DNA from: Trypanosoma brucei | Taxonomy: Eukaryota | Length of the DNA: 64,000 nucleotides | Assembly: GCA_000002445.1 (NCBI GenBank) | Contig: CP000070.1 | Coordinates: 1,088,001-1,152,000 of the forward strand | Direction: 5' to 3' | In this document: positions 1 to 11,100 of the stretch, piece after piece | How positions within the stretch are numbered: position 1 is the stretch's first letter | How the letters are laid out: the number at the start of each line of letters is the position of its first letter | Notes under the pieces: model-generated | Told to the model about the DNA's origin: nothing | Seen by the model: only the letters and a program-made list of their open reading frames with translations | The model's database searches: none | Program-made: the position numbers and the translations under genes

Positions 1-447
1 GTTGAAGGGAAATCGTGTTTTCCTCCTTTCTTCCTTTTTTTTGTTTTTTAATACTCTCATCCTTGCCCCCGTTTTCTATGTGTCTGTAGAGGTTGGAGAA
101 GGTGGTTGTGGGGAGAAATGCAACGTTAAGGCGTGAGTATGTGAAGGCTTAGTAGACATCCAATTTCACGTGTTACCTCATGTCTCCGTGCTACCTCAAC
201 TCAGCTCTAACGGCTTTCTGTCCTTTTCTTGTCGCCGTACTTTAAAATATTAGAAACACTTGTTACCTTTCTGCGTTTCTCCTCTTCGCAGGTGAAAGTA
301 TTCAAAGGTGTGTGACGCGCTACCAGGGTGTTGCACAATATATATATATAAATATATATTCAGCACAGCAGCAAGGCGGCTGCGACGCCTGTAAAGCATT
401 CTATAACAGTTTTTTTTTGTTTATAGTTTGCTGAAGGCAGTGATTCT

Positions 448-3183
448 TTGCACAACCGTGATCACATTCATTTTTGTATGTTTGATAAGGTAACAGCAAT
501 GAGCGAGAGGGAAACAACATCCCATAGCCCCGAGTTGGGCGGCGACAACAATGGTAGCGTCGTCGTAGCTGTTCGCGTGCGACCCCTGGAAGGTTTGAGC
601 ATTGAAGCAGGTGGTGCTTTGAGTATGTCGCGATTTACCGCCCAGCAGCGAATGCATCGTCGGGGAATGTCGGCACAAGAGGGTGATAAACCTGCTGTAC
701 GTGTGGGAGTTGACCGCAAAACAGTTGTTGTGCTTGATCCCGAAAATCTTCAATACATTCGGGAGAGTTTTGTTTTTAACCATGTATTTTCCCCCGTTTT
801 GTTGGATGAATCCCTCATGGGTACGGATGGTGGATCGGTAGGCGATATAGCCCGGCCGTCGGGAGATGTCTATGGGGGAATTTCCAGTAGTGGAGGTTAC
901 AACTCGGGTGTTCTCGGTTGCTGCACGAAGGGGACCAAACTCAGTGCAGAAGACCGAAGGGCTGAATTAGAACAACAGGAAGTATACGAACTGTTAGGAG
1001 CTCCACTAACTGAGCATTTTATGAAAGGGCACAACTCCTGCCTTTTTGCATATGGACAGGAGGGTAGTGGCAAGAGTTACACCCTGTCGGGAACGGCGCG
1101 GTGCGTGGGGGTGATTCCACGTATTTGCAAAGATCTTCTTAGCCGAGCTTCAGCGCCTTGTCGGAGCCCACCATGTGAGGTCCAACGGAAGCAGGAGGCG
1201 GTGAAAAATAATCTCTTGCCACTTCAAGTGAGTCATATGTCGTTTGCTCTCCGTGGTGCGTATACGTCCGCAAAGTCAGGGGGGAACTTTTCTTCGCCCA
1301 TAAAAAATGCCCCCCCAACCGTGCTTCCGCCATCGCTGAGGAACAAACAAAACGCCAGTCGGGTGGAAGTGACGATATCATACATGGAGGTTTGCAACGA
1401 TTGGGTTAGGGATTTGCTTAAACCGAAAAGGGACAGGGACCCAAAATGTGGCGATGCAGACTCGTGCACATACGGCTCGGATGCTTTTGAGAGATTGAAG
1501 GTGCGGTACTACCCAAGACATGGCCCTAGTGTGGAGGGACTAACAACAATTAACGTGCGCACGTGGGAGGAGTGCTGGAGTTATATCCAGTACGGAAACA
1601 TGGAGCGCCAGCAACTGATATCGTTACGTAAAACCCATGGCCACACACACACTATATTCCGAATAACCTCACCAAAGGTTGATCCGTTTGATGAGTGCAT
1701 TACGTCGGTGGAGTGTTCACCAAAGATTGATGTCGTTGAGCTTTCGAGCGTTGGCTGTTTAAAGAACTCTCGTTCTCCACCAAACACAGCAGGTATTACC
1801 ACGTATGAGGATTGTAGAAGACAGTTAAGGGAGTTCAATGCGGTCCAGCGGTCTCTTGGAGTTTTGAGTCGCGTTCTTCAAGCAGTGGCAAGTGGTAGCA
1901 AAAACGCCCCGTACCGTGAGAATCTGTTGACCCATTTGCTCTCTGACGGACTCGTCGGTGGGTCGCTTACCATCTTCTGCGCAACAGTGCTGTCAGACGT
2001 CTGTGCACATGCCGAAACACTAACAACACTTCGTTATGCCGCGCAGACTTGTAGTACCATTTGCTGTATGAAGCCCAATGTGGCCTCGGTCGCAAGTACG
2101 GGCTGTTTGAACCAGAAACAACTGGGAACGACCGTGGAAAGTCTGTCACCGAGGTTTGAAGGTTCCACACCAACAGTACGAAATGATGTAAGGGGAATGA
2201 CCACCTCCGTCTCGTTGCCCTTTTGGTCCGATTGTAGCGGCTCGCGAGCTGGAGCTGTGGGTGCCGCGAGTGACGACGGTTCGCCAAGCAAGAATGGCGC
2301 AAAAGGGGCGTTTTGTGTTGAATGCCTGCCATATATTCCCGGGGCGAAGGTGGAACGAGTTGGCACGGATTCATACGTACCACCAAACAACTGCAGCGGT
2401 GTTACAAATATCACTGCCCTGAACCAAGGCGGGTGTTCAGGGCCGGGTACATTGTTACGAAGGGATCAACAGACTGTCGGACTGCCGCCACTTACCGGGT
2501 CACCGGGGGTTTCTTCCAGCCCGCGTGTTTCCTGGTCCGAAAGGTTGAAGGCAAGCGCTTCGTTTAATAACTTGGGTTGTGGCAATACCTCCAGAGGCGG
2601 GGTGGAGGGTTGGCAGTTGAGGTCCCCTTCCTCTGTTAGCGACAAACCTTCATCCCCTTCTACCAGCGCTTTTAGTTCCCCCAGAAACTTGCTGCGTCCC
2701 AGCAGTTTGGTTCCCAACTCAGGTACTGCCGTGACTGACAGCCCGCTGCAGCCCCACACACCCAATCGTGGAGTGGGAAGGGTTAGTGCCCTGGCTTCCT
2801 CTTTTCTGATATTAACAAGCCCTTCTGCGGTAGCCCCTAGTGGCCGAATTGCAGGGCTAACAGCATTGGGCGGCGCTCACGACGTTATTAGTGCGAGTGG
2901 TGTAACAACAGGCGCGTTCCCGTCAGAGGTCTTGGGAGGAAGTCCCATCCATTCCTGGACCCAGCACGGTTTCCTCGGTTCCCCAGAGTTTGTCCGCAAA
3001 AAGGAAAGCCGAAGGAATCTTGTAAAGGTTTTCACCCCTGAAGAGCTGCAGCCGTCGTTAGCGTCCCCTGAGTCATGCTCTCCAAAGCAAAGCTGCCCAC
3101 CAACACCAATACTTTCCACCAAGAACAATCCTACTCTCAAACCTCTAGCTACTAGTAATCCAGTATCTCCTACAGTGAAGTGA
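448..3183 (+). CDS. Kinesin-like protein with a divergent and possibly catalytically degenerate motor domain. The true start may be the Met at 499.
   Basis: The N-terminus has the VVVAVRVRPL kinesin N-terminal motif. The P-loop reads FAYGQEGSGKSYTLSG where kinesins have GQTGSGKT. The neck-like NAPYRENLLTHLLSDGLVGGSLTIFCATV resembles HIPYRDSKLTRLLQDSLGG. Switch I and II (SSRSH, DLAGSE) are only weakly recognisable as RKTHGHTH and VVELSSVG. The C-terminus is long and S/P-rich. The ORF is 911 aa. Confidence 0.65.
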   Translation: MHNRDHIHFCMFDKVTAMSERETTSHSPELGGDNNGSVVVAVRVRPLEGLSIEAGGALSMSRFTAQQRMHRRGMSAQEGDKPAVRVGVDRKTVVVLDPENLQYIRESFVFNHVFSPVLLDESLMGTDGGSVGDIARPSGDVYGGISSSGGYNSGVLGCCTKGTKLSAEDRRAELEQQEVYELLGAPLTEHFMKGHNSCLFAYGQEGSGKSYTLSGTARCVGVIPRICKDLLSRASAPCRSPPCEVQRKQEAVKNNLLPLQVSHMSFALRGAYTSAKSGGNFSSPIKNAPPTVLPPSLRNKQNASRVEVTISYMEVCNDWVRDLLKPKRDRDPKCGDADSCTYGSDAFERLKVRYYPRHGPSVEGLTTINVRTWEECWSYIQYGNMERQQLISLRKTHGHTHTIFRITSPKVDPFDECITSVECSPKIDVVELSSVGCLKNSRSPPNTAGITTYEDCRRQLREFNAVQRSLGVLSRVLQAVASGSKNAPYRENLLTHLLSDGLVGGSLTIFCATVLSDVCAHAETLTTLRYAAQTCSTICCMKPNVASVASTGCLNQKQLGTTVESLSPRFEGSTPTVRNDVRGMTTSVSLPFWSDCSGSRAGAVGAASDDGSPSKNGAKGAFCVECLPYIPGAKVERVGTDSYVPPNNCSGVTNITALNQGGCSGPGTLLRRDQQTVGLPPLTGSPGVSSSPRVSWSERLKASASFNNLGCGNTSRGGVEGWQLRSPSSVSDKPSSPSTSAFSSPRNLLRPSSLVPNSGTAVTDSPLQPHTPNRGVGRVSALASSFLILTSPSAVAPSGRIAGLTALGGAHDVISASGVTTGAFPSEVLGGSPIHSWTQHGFLGSPEFVRKKESRRNLVKVFTPEELQPSLASPESCSPKQSCPPTPILSTKNNPTLKPLATSNPVSPTVK

Positions 3184-4140
3184 CATTTTGTTTGAATACA
3201 GTTTTTATTTCTTTTCTTTGATTCGTTTATTACTGAATGTGCGTACACGTATATGTGTATATATACATATATATGTAACTTTCTCATGTCATTTTAGCGT
3301 CATCGAAGAAGGGAAGGAAATGAAGAAAGGAAAGAATCGAGCATCTATTTTCGCTACTGTCTGTCTATTTGTTTTTCCCATTCTTTCCCCTTTTGACCCT
3401 TTTTGTTAGTTTTTTTGAGTTTATACTCTGCAGACTCCAGCAGCACGGCAGAGAGAGGTGAAGACGAGACAAGAATAGAAGCTGTTACAATGGTAGAAAA
3501 GGGGCAAAAGAAACGTAACCAACTGCAACTACTCTCAGCCTTGAATGTTTTTTTTTTTTACTACCCGTAAAGGAGAAGCGAGGGTTCACCATGTTGTATT
3601 TGAAATTTATAAATTCTTTCTATAGCTTTATTACTTGTCTCTATGTGGTGAATGATGTGGTTGTTTCTTTTTTTTTTCCTCATGTCAATATATTGTTGTT
3701 ACTGTCGTTACAAGTGTGTTTTTGTCCGCACCGTGCTAAGAATCTTCCTCCTGTTAATTGTGCCATCTGCGTGATGTTTCTGAAACGATATATATACATA
3801 TATATATGAATTTAAAATCTATTGCCTTTCTGCTTTCCCTTCCCACATAATCTCTGAGTCTGCGTTTGTGTGTGCCCTTTCCCCTCTTGTTTCCCATTCC
3901 AACTCATTTTTTTTTATTTGTTGCCTCTCCAAAATATTTCATGCATGCATATCATTTCTGCACCACAGATTCCATGGGGATGGGCACCGGTGAGTCCCTT
4001 TTCTCCCCACCAGGGTTTCCTGTACGTTTTTTTGTTTTTTTGTTTTTTGATCTTTATTTATTTACGTTCTTGTCTCGTATTTTCCTCTCGACTCTTAGTT
4101 TATGAATGCAGAGCGTGTATGTATATGTATTTGTATGTAT

Positions 4141-4172
4141 GTGTGTGTGTGTGTGTGTGTTTGTATGTATGG
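4141..4172. repeat. (GT)n microsatellite in an intergenic spacer
   Basis: A gtgtgtgtgtgtgtgtgtgt run is read directly in the sequence. Confidence 0.9.
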
Positions 4173-5712
4173 TAAATCTTTCATTCCTTCTCTTGCATTT
4201 TTCTTTTCTCTCAATATTCCTTCCACCTCCGTTTTTTTTTAACTTCTACCTTTCTTTTATTATTGATCGTGCCCCTTTGTTTTGAATTTGAGTGCAGATG
4301 TACTGGTGTGCATGGCAGCTGTAAACTACCTAAAGTATGAAAACAAAACGAGAGGTGAGAAAATATTTCTTCCACCCTTTCTTTTATTACTTAACTTCTC
4401 CCCTTCTTCTCAATATAAACGATTTTTTTTTCCTTCAGCGTCTGCTATGGGTTGGTACCGAACTTGACAGCACATTCATTTATCTATTTGTTGTTGTTGT
4501 TGCGATTATTAATTAATTTTCTTCTGCTTTATTTATAATTCTTGAGTTTTTACCTCTTATTAACGAGTGAAGTGACGATTGTTGAGAATTAACGGTACTC
4601 CTTTTGGACCGATGACCGAGTGTTTTATTCACCTATGTATGCGTATGCGTATGCGGAAGAGAGGCGTTTCGACTTCCCCTTCTCTTTCTTTTTTTTTCCT
4701 TTTTCTTCCTCCTCTTACCGACTTGTTGACTGACTGACAGTAAAGTGACAAAAATTGTGGGGTACGTACGGATATATTAGTAAACAAATAAATAAATTAG
4801 TAGGTGAATAAATAAATAAATAAATAAAAATATATATATATATATATTTCCCCTGTGTTTTCCCTGTTTCTATCTTATTTCAAGGTGATTAACATATTGT
4901 CGTCTCCCTCTCCTTCTTTTTCTCCTCTTTAACACACATGCTCACACACGCCAAAGGTGTATAATTCAAGTCGCACGCATTCATTTACTCCTATGTCTTT
5001 TCCCCGTTTCTTCGTTTTTTTTATTTTTTATTTTTTATTTTTGAAAAAAAAAACTTGTAGCGTATGAGCGCATTTACCTACTTTTCAAAACAATCTTTAA
5101 CCATGAAGGCCCAGCGACCCGATTCGTAATTGTCCTCTTTTTACCCGTAATGAGGCTGATGTTATAATGCCTTCTGAAGCATTTTCAATCCTTTTTTTTT
5201 TCGTTCTTATTCTCCTGTTTCTCTCCTCCCCTCCTCCGGACTCGTCATCTTATCTTTTCCTTGTGCTACCTTTTCAGATTGTTTAATCAACTTTTTCCTA
5301 TCGTTGATGTTTACCCTCACTTTTATTACTCTTTCTTCCATTGCTAAATTAAATCGGATACTTCCCTTTGCTTTGTTTCCCACTTCATTTATCAAAGTTT
5401 TTTTTTTAAGGAATAGTTTTCATATTTTCTTGGGTGGGTACCCCCTAAACGAACAACACCTGAGGCTTAAGTTGAGGGAATCACAGAAATAAGATAATTA
5501 CAATAAGGTAAATAAAGGTAAAGGTGGGTACAAGGTGAGGGAGATAGGCAAGACAGATCTAAGCGTAGGGAATTTAGTGGTTTGTAATACGAGTAAGTAG
5601 TAGGATAAAATAGGAAAATATTGTTCAACTTAATAATTTAAGGAGGAGGCAAAAATAAGAAGGAACAAAAGTCAACAACGGTTATAACAGACTGTGAGGA
5701 AGGAGAAGAAAG

Positions 5713-7236
5713 ATGGATCTGGATTCTTTCCTCGACAAGAAGAGCAAAAAACTTGCTGGTGGAAAGAAGAAGGCGAAAACAAGCGAACTTTCTGAGAAGG
5801 AGAAGGCGCAGTTGGGAATAGGCGTGTTTCTTGGGCTTGATGTTACCCCTGCAGCGCACGCACAATCGGAAGAAGCGGGTGAAGATGACAAGAGGGAAAG
5901 TAAAAATGGTGTATCAGATCCCGATGGGGTAGCAGCTGTTGAGGCCACTGTGCAGTCAGGGATTCAAACAAACAAGGATCCCGATGTTCCGGCCGTGCGT
6001 AACGCTTGGGTCGATGAAGGGGCTGAAGCTGGTGGTGGTGCTGAGGTGGGAGCTATTCCCGGAAACTTGGCCGTGCCAGTGATTAGAAGCACTGGTAAAA
6101 AAGCTAAGGGTTGGGATTCGGTGAAGGTAACGTCGGGCTCGATAGAGGACCTTCTCGCAAAGGCAACCGAAAGCGGGAAACGACAGAAGTTTGTTGCTCG
6201 CGGCAACGAGGGTGCCACAGGGTCACTTGGTTGTGAGGTGCTTGCTAGTGCAACAAGTTTTCCTTCGCTCGACGAGCTAACAGGAGGGGCAGCTGCCCCT
6301 GCGAAAGAAACTGGCTCAACACCAACTCTTGACACGTGTGGTTCAGTGGAAGATGTGAGCGCTGAAGTGGACAAGGTGACTTCCAGCACGTATAAACCGC
6401 CAGTAGACAAACCGGTTTCTGGTGTTTACAGACCGCCAACAGAGAAACCCACATCTGGAGCGTACAGGCCACCAACCGATAAACCTGCAACTGGCGCATA
6501 TAAGCCCCCAACCGATAAACCCTTCTCAGGAGCATACAGACCACCAGCGGACAAACCGTCTTCGGGAGCCTACAGACCGACTGCAGCGAAACTAGGAGAG
6601 GTGATGGCAGCAACAACAGCACGAGACGAGACTTCTTCCGAAAAACCAGCTGCGGGAGCGTATAGGCCGCCCATTGACAAACCTTCTTCCGGTGCGTATA
6701 AACCGCCGGTGGATAAACCGTCTTCTGGTGCGTACAAACCTCCAACGGACAAATCCTCCCTGGGTGCGTACGAACCTCCCAGTGAAAAACCAGCTTCAGT
6801 GCCGGCCGTACCTGCTGAATCCTCTGCGGTAAAACCGTCCACTGGAGCGTACAGGCCACCGACCGATAAACCACCCACAGGTGTATACAAACCCCCAGTG
6901 GATAAACCGTCCACTGGAGCGTACAGGCCTCCAACAGACAAACCGTCATCGGGGGGAGCTTATGTGCCTCCAAGTGAGAGGCTTGCAACTGCCGCGCCGG
7001 GGGAGCAGCTGTCTGTCGAGAAACCGTCGGCAGGAACGTACAAACCTCCTACTGATAGGGTTTCATCCGGATCATACAAACCACCCACTGACAGGCCATC
7101 AGCAGGGGCATATAAACCCCCAACCGATAAACCCTCCTCGGGAGCATACAGACCACCAACGGACAGACCGTCTTCGGGAGCCTACAGACCACCAGCCGAA
7201 AGAAGTTTCGGCAGCACCTTTAGACCACCAAGCTAA
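5713..7236 (+). CDS. Proline-rich protein built from 12-aa tandem repeats (KPxSGAYRPPTD)
   Basis: The 507-aa ORF has a K/E-rich N-terminus. More than 20 tandem 12-aa units of K-P-x-S/T-G-A-Y-R/K-P-P-T/A-D/E run from about aa 230 to the C-terminus. Antisense ORFs across it are mirror artefacts of the repeats. Confidence 0.6.
   Translation: MDLDSFLDKKSKKLAGGKKKAKTSELSEKEKAQLGIGVFLGLDVTPAAHAQSEEAGEDDKRESKNGVSDPDGVAAVEATVQSGIQTNKDPDVPAVRNAWVDEGAEAGGGAEVGAIPGNLAVPVIRSTGKKAKGWDSVKVTSGSIEDLLAKATESGKRQKFVARGNEGATGSLGCEVLASATSFPSLDELTGGAAAPAKETGSTPTLDTCGSVEDVSAEVDKVTSSTYKPPVDKPVSGVYRPPTEKPTSGAYRPPTDKPATGAYKPPTDKPFSGAYRPPADKPSSGAYRPTAAKLGEVMAATTARDETSSEKPAAGAYRPPIDKPSSGAYKPPVDKPSSGAYKPPTDKSSLGAYEPPSEKPASVPAVPAESSAVKPSTGAYRPPTDKPPTGVYKPPVDKPSTGAYRPPTDKPSSGGAYVPPSERLATAAPGEQLSVEKPSAGTYKPPTDRVSSGSYKPPTDRPSAGAYKPPTDKPSSGAYRPPTDRPSSGAYRPPAERSFGSTFRPPS
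6400..7225 (+). repeat. 36-bp in-frame coding tandem repeats inside the 5713-7236 CDS
   Basis: The unit (aaaccgtcttctggtgcgtacaaacctccaacggac and variants) recurs; the period was read from the translation. Confidence 0.7.
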
Positions 7237-8040
7237 GGTAGCGATCTTCTTCCGCTACGAAACTGAAGGTGAGTGACGCGTTAGTGCTCGCTAGTGGGGA
7301 CAGGTGTTGTTTTTCTTTTTGTTTGTTTGAAGAGAAGAACGTTTTTTCGTTGGAAGGTGACGAAGTCCAGCTTCCACACGGGGGAAGGAGAGTATGCGCA
7401 TCTTTTTTTCCTATTTTGACTACCAATTGGCTCTGCACCTGTGATGAAGGTGGAGACACTTCTATCCGATGGAATAACCGGCGTGTTCTAACGGTATCTC
7501 ACTGCGGAGAATTATTGTTTGCGTACGCATTATTCGCCTCCTACTTTTCCACTCGTTACAAAGAGTGAAAAGTAACCAATACGCCATCAGGGACGCTTTG
7601 ACAAGGGACCCAGCAAGTGAGTGGTCCACCTGGTGAAGCTGAATTTCAGTTGTCTACCTGCGGGGAGGGGGGTGTGACGTTGGAGGAGACTTGACTTTCA
7701 TTTCTTCATACTTCTAGCCCTGGCCCCATTCTGTACACATGTATATGTATGTGTATGTGTATGTGTATGGGTGTGTGCATATACTCTGTGGTTGCTCATA
7801 CCATAACGGGTGGAGGTGTGGTGTGGTGGGACCACCTGTGCCGGCACTTGAGTCACCCGTCAAAAGCTTGAGAAGAAGCGAACAACACAACCTCCTGCTT
7901 TCACCCCCGAGATGCGCGGAATGGCACCTCAGCGGGAACGTTGTGGCGATATTTCCCCTCCGATCCTTCCCCGCAACGTACTTACAAAGAATATGCACAA
8001 CAGGACCCTTGTTAGGGTAAAGCGTATATGTGTGTGTCGC

Positions 8041-8095
8041 ACATTCTTCGTTTATTTCACTCTATTGGTGGTATTTTTTTTTTCCTGTTTGTTTA
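8041..8095 (+). promoter_or_regulatory. Polypyrimidine tract upstream of the 8162 CDS, a probable trans-splicing or polyadenylation signal
   Basis: A T/C-rich run (cattcttcgtttatttcactctattggtggtatttttttttcctgtttgtttac) lies 70-120 nt upstream of the ATG, which is the typical kinetoplastid arrangement. Confidence 0.4.
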
Positions 8096-8161
8096 CAAGG
8101 TAGGGTTGTCGCATAGCTTGAGACAATAGCCGTGCTGTGAAGGGGACCCAAATAAGCAACG

Positions 8162-11100
8162 ATGGGTAATGAACCCTTCTTGTTGTTTAGGGGTAGCGAG
8201 CTGCTTCCAGGCTTTCCGTCAAGCCGGCCGGAAGGGAATTTGGCTCAACCCGACGAAGGTGACGTGGAGCGTTTGCCGACGCATCTGATTCCCATTGAAC
8301 CTCTCACACACTCCGTGGTGCGAGTCGTCTGCCATTCTTCCACCCGTGCGGGTATGTCAACGCCACTTGCCCAAATGTGCGCACTAACTGATGTCCGTAG
8401 ATTGTTGGAGGAAGAAAGAGATAAATGCGTTGAGACGGCTCGGTCGTGGGAAGGACTGTGCGCACTTCACTCACACTATCCCCACGATCACGCCACAGGC
8501 TGCATGCCAATAGCAAACGAAGAGTTAGACTGTGTGGCGTCCAGCTTATCCCTGGATGAATCTTTTGTCAAGGAAGTTCTTCGGAGCAAACTCTGGAGGG
8601 TGAAAGGCAACGCTGAAAGTGCGGATGGTAAGGTCGAACCTGATTTGAAGCGCCTCAAAATAGTTGTGTCTGATTTGTGCCAGCTTCTGTGGCACCATCG
8701 TGATGGAGAGGGGTCCATAAGCACCGACGGTGTTGCTGTGCCAGACTCGAGTGAGCGCTGTGAAGTCGTTAGACGGGAAAAGAGAAAGGCATCAAAGGTC
8801 GAGGCAAAGAGCGTTTTGTCCATTATCGCAGGACTAACAAAAGACAGTTTGGACGAACTCACAGCCAGCCATGGCAGCGTAGAGCCCCTCCTTGTGGGTT
8901 TAGTCTTTAGTGAGGTGTCGGAGGAAACTTGTAATCATAGCGGAGGAGAGACGGTTGGAACGCTCGTGGGGGATGATTTGCTGAGGCTGTTCGACAAAAA
9001 GGTTGAGGCCACTGTGGAAAACAAGGATGGTTACGGTGATACAGTTGATTTTTCTGCCCGGGTACTGCTCCTTAACGCTGTTATGGAGAGGAAGAACATG
9101 AAAAACATGGCCCATGCCTCTCCAATGTGGTCAGCGCTCCTGTCGGTGGTAAACTTTGTGTATGTCACTGGTGATCCTGCAACTGTCCGTTACGTCGCTC
9201 AACTGATCAACCATGTGCAATGTTTGACACAACAGGTCACTGCGGAGCCCGCACCTAGACCGCATTCAAAGGTGGACATCTCTCTTTTTTACACTCCTCT
9301 GATGGGTGTTGAGAACGAGGAGGGTCTTTACCCAAGTGGTGCACGCTGTGTTTCCAACCTAAAGACCGCGTTGTCGGAAGCAGTCGTTGGCGTGGCGAAT
9401 AAAAAAAGATGGAAACCGGAAGCTTTTTCCCCTGGCGGTTCGGGAGGATTTCAGGATTTGTTGCAATGGTCACTTATGCTGGAGCACGTGTGGCACCACT
9501 GCGGCAGCGCCCCCTGTCACAAGGTTTCTCGGGGGATAGAGCAATGGATTGGCATGGCTGTTGAGACGGCTGCCGATATCTTCGCGTCTACTGCGGAGGC
9601 TTTGCTGCTTTCCATGTATGTTATGGAGCCACTTCCTCCTGTATGCCTGCCTGTAGCGGACAACACAGAAACTGCTGTCAAATCGGTTGCTGGTTCACCG
9701 GGTTTCAGTGTGGGTGATGTTCTTCTTTCTGCGCATCGTGTATCGTTGTTGGTCTTTGGAGCTGTTGTAGGTCCATGTGCTTCTGACAACCCTCTGCTTC
9801 GGCGGGAGGCACTGGAGGACCTTTACGGGGCTCACCTGAAAGCATCTGAGGCAGTAAGGGGACGACTAGAACGGTTTTGCGCGCGGCAGGCCGAGCGCAC
9901 TGTGGATGCTTCGCCGGCACTAAAAAATCTGGAAAAATATCAAAGTCAGTGGAGTAAGACAGTCGAGCTTGAGCAGGGTAAAAAGGGGGATTCCCTCGCA
10001 CGCATTTTATACGTGTGCATGGAAGGAATGCATCATATTTTAAGTACACCACTTATTAAACATTGTGACGTTCCATATGATCTTGGCGAAAACGCCATAG
10101 CAGGCGTTGATGGTTGGCGTTGCAGTGGCGCTACCACCTCGTGCGTGGGAAGGACGACTACCAATTGTGGATACGGCGCAAAGGTGAACCAGAGGTGCCA
10201 GGTGACCGAAAGTCCAATTACTTCATCATGGGCTTCGGCTGCAAAATCTTCTGCGATTTGCAACTTCACAATGCAACGCCTCCTGCCGATGTTGCTACAC
10301 TCATTAGGGCAGCAACCGGTGGTTTTGAATGGGAACTCTATCGTTAATGTTGGAACGCGCAGGGCCGTGCAGTCTTGGGAAGATCAGCGGATGCAACTGG
10401 AGGGACGGTGTAGGGCGGCTGAGGCGATGATTGAGCACCAACGGTGCGTGATAGGCGAGATTAGAAATCAAAGAAGTGCACTTGGGAATCGACTACGTGA
10501 GGCACAACGGTGCATGAGAAAACTGGTTATGATGTGTGTGGGGTATGAAGAAGGACACGCGAGCTACGCCCAGAAGTTAGCTTTTCGACTGAAATATAGC
10601 TTGGAGGAAGATATCACTAGTATTTTCGTTCCCATTGAGGTAAAGCCGGTTGCGGGATCGGATGCTTGGGACGGCGGGGAAACTTCTCAACAGTCATCTC
10701 CGTCGCCGTTGGTGTGCGGTGAAGCTTCAATGGTAGCACCCTTAGCGGGCCGGGACGATCTGCGCAGGTTAATGTTCCGCGATGCGCAAATGCAACTCGA
10801 CGCTTGCCACAATGTCGTGCGGTGCGTTTGTCAAGAAGCTCGGGAAAACCTCAATACACTTTCAGCTGCCATGATGGAGTGCAGTATAAGTTACGGAAAT
10901 GTCTCCCCCAACGAGTCGTTGCGCGCAATGTTTTCCACTTCACTTTACGGAACGAGGACGAATGAACCCAGCGGTGGTTACATGCCCCCTACTGGTGATC
11001 AAGAATGTGACTGTGACGGCAGTAACCAAGGTGATATGTACCAAAAAGATGATTCAAAGCACACATATCCCTCTACAATCATCAAAGTACCCCTGGGGTT

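Noticed and set aside
5964-6988. Long minus-strand ORFs (148, 247 and 123 aa) overlapping the 5713-7236 repeat-protein gene
   Set aside because: They are antisense mirrors of a periodic coding repeat. Their translations (GGLYAPVDGLS...) are themselves periodic. They lie antisense within a + strand gene array, so they are not independent genes.
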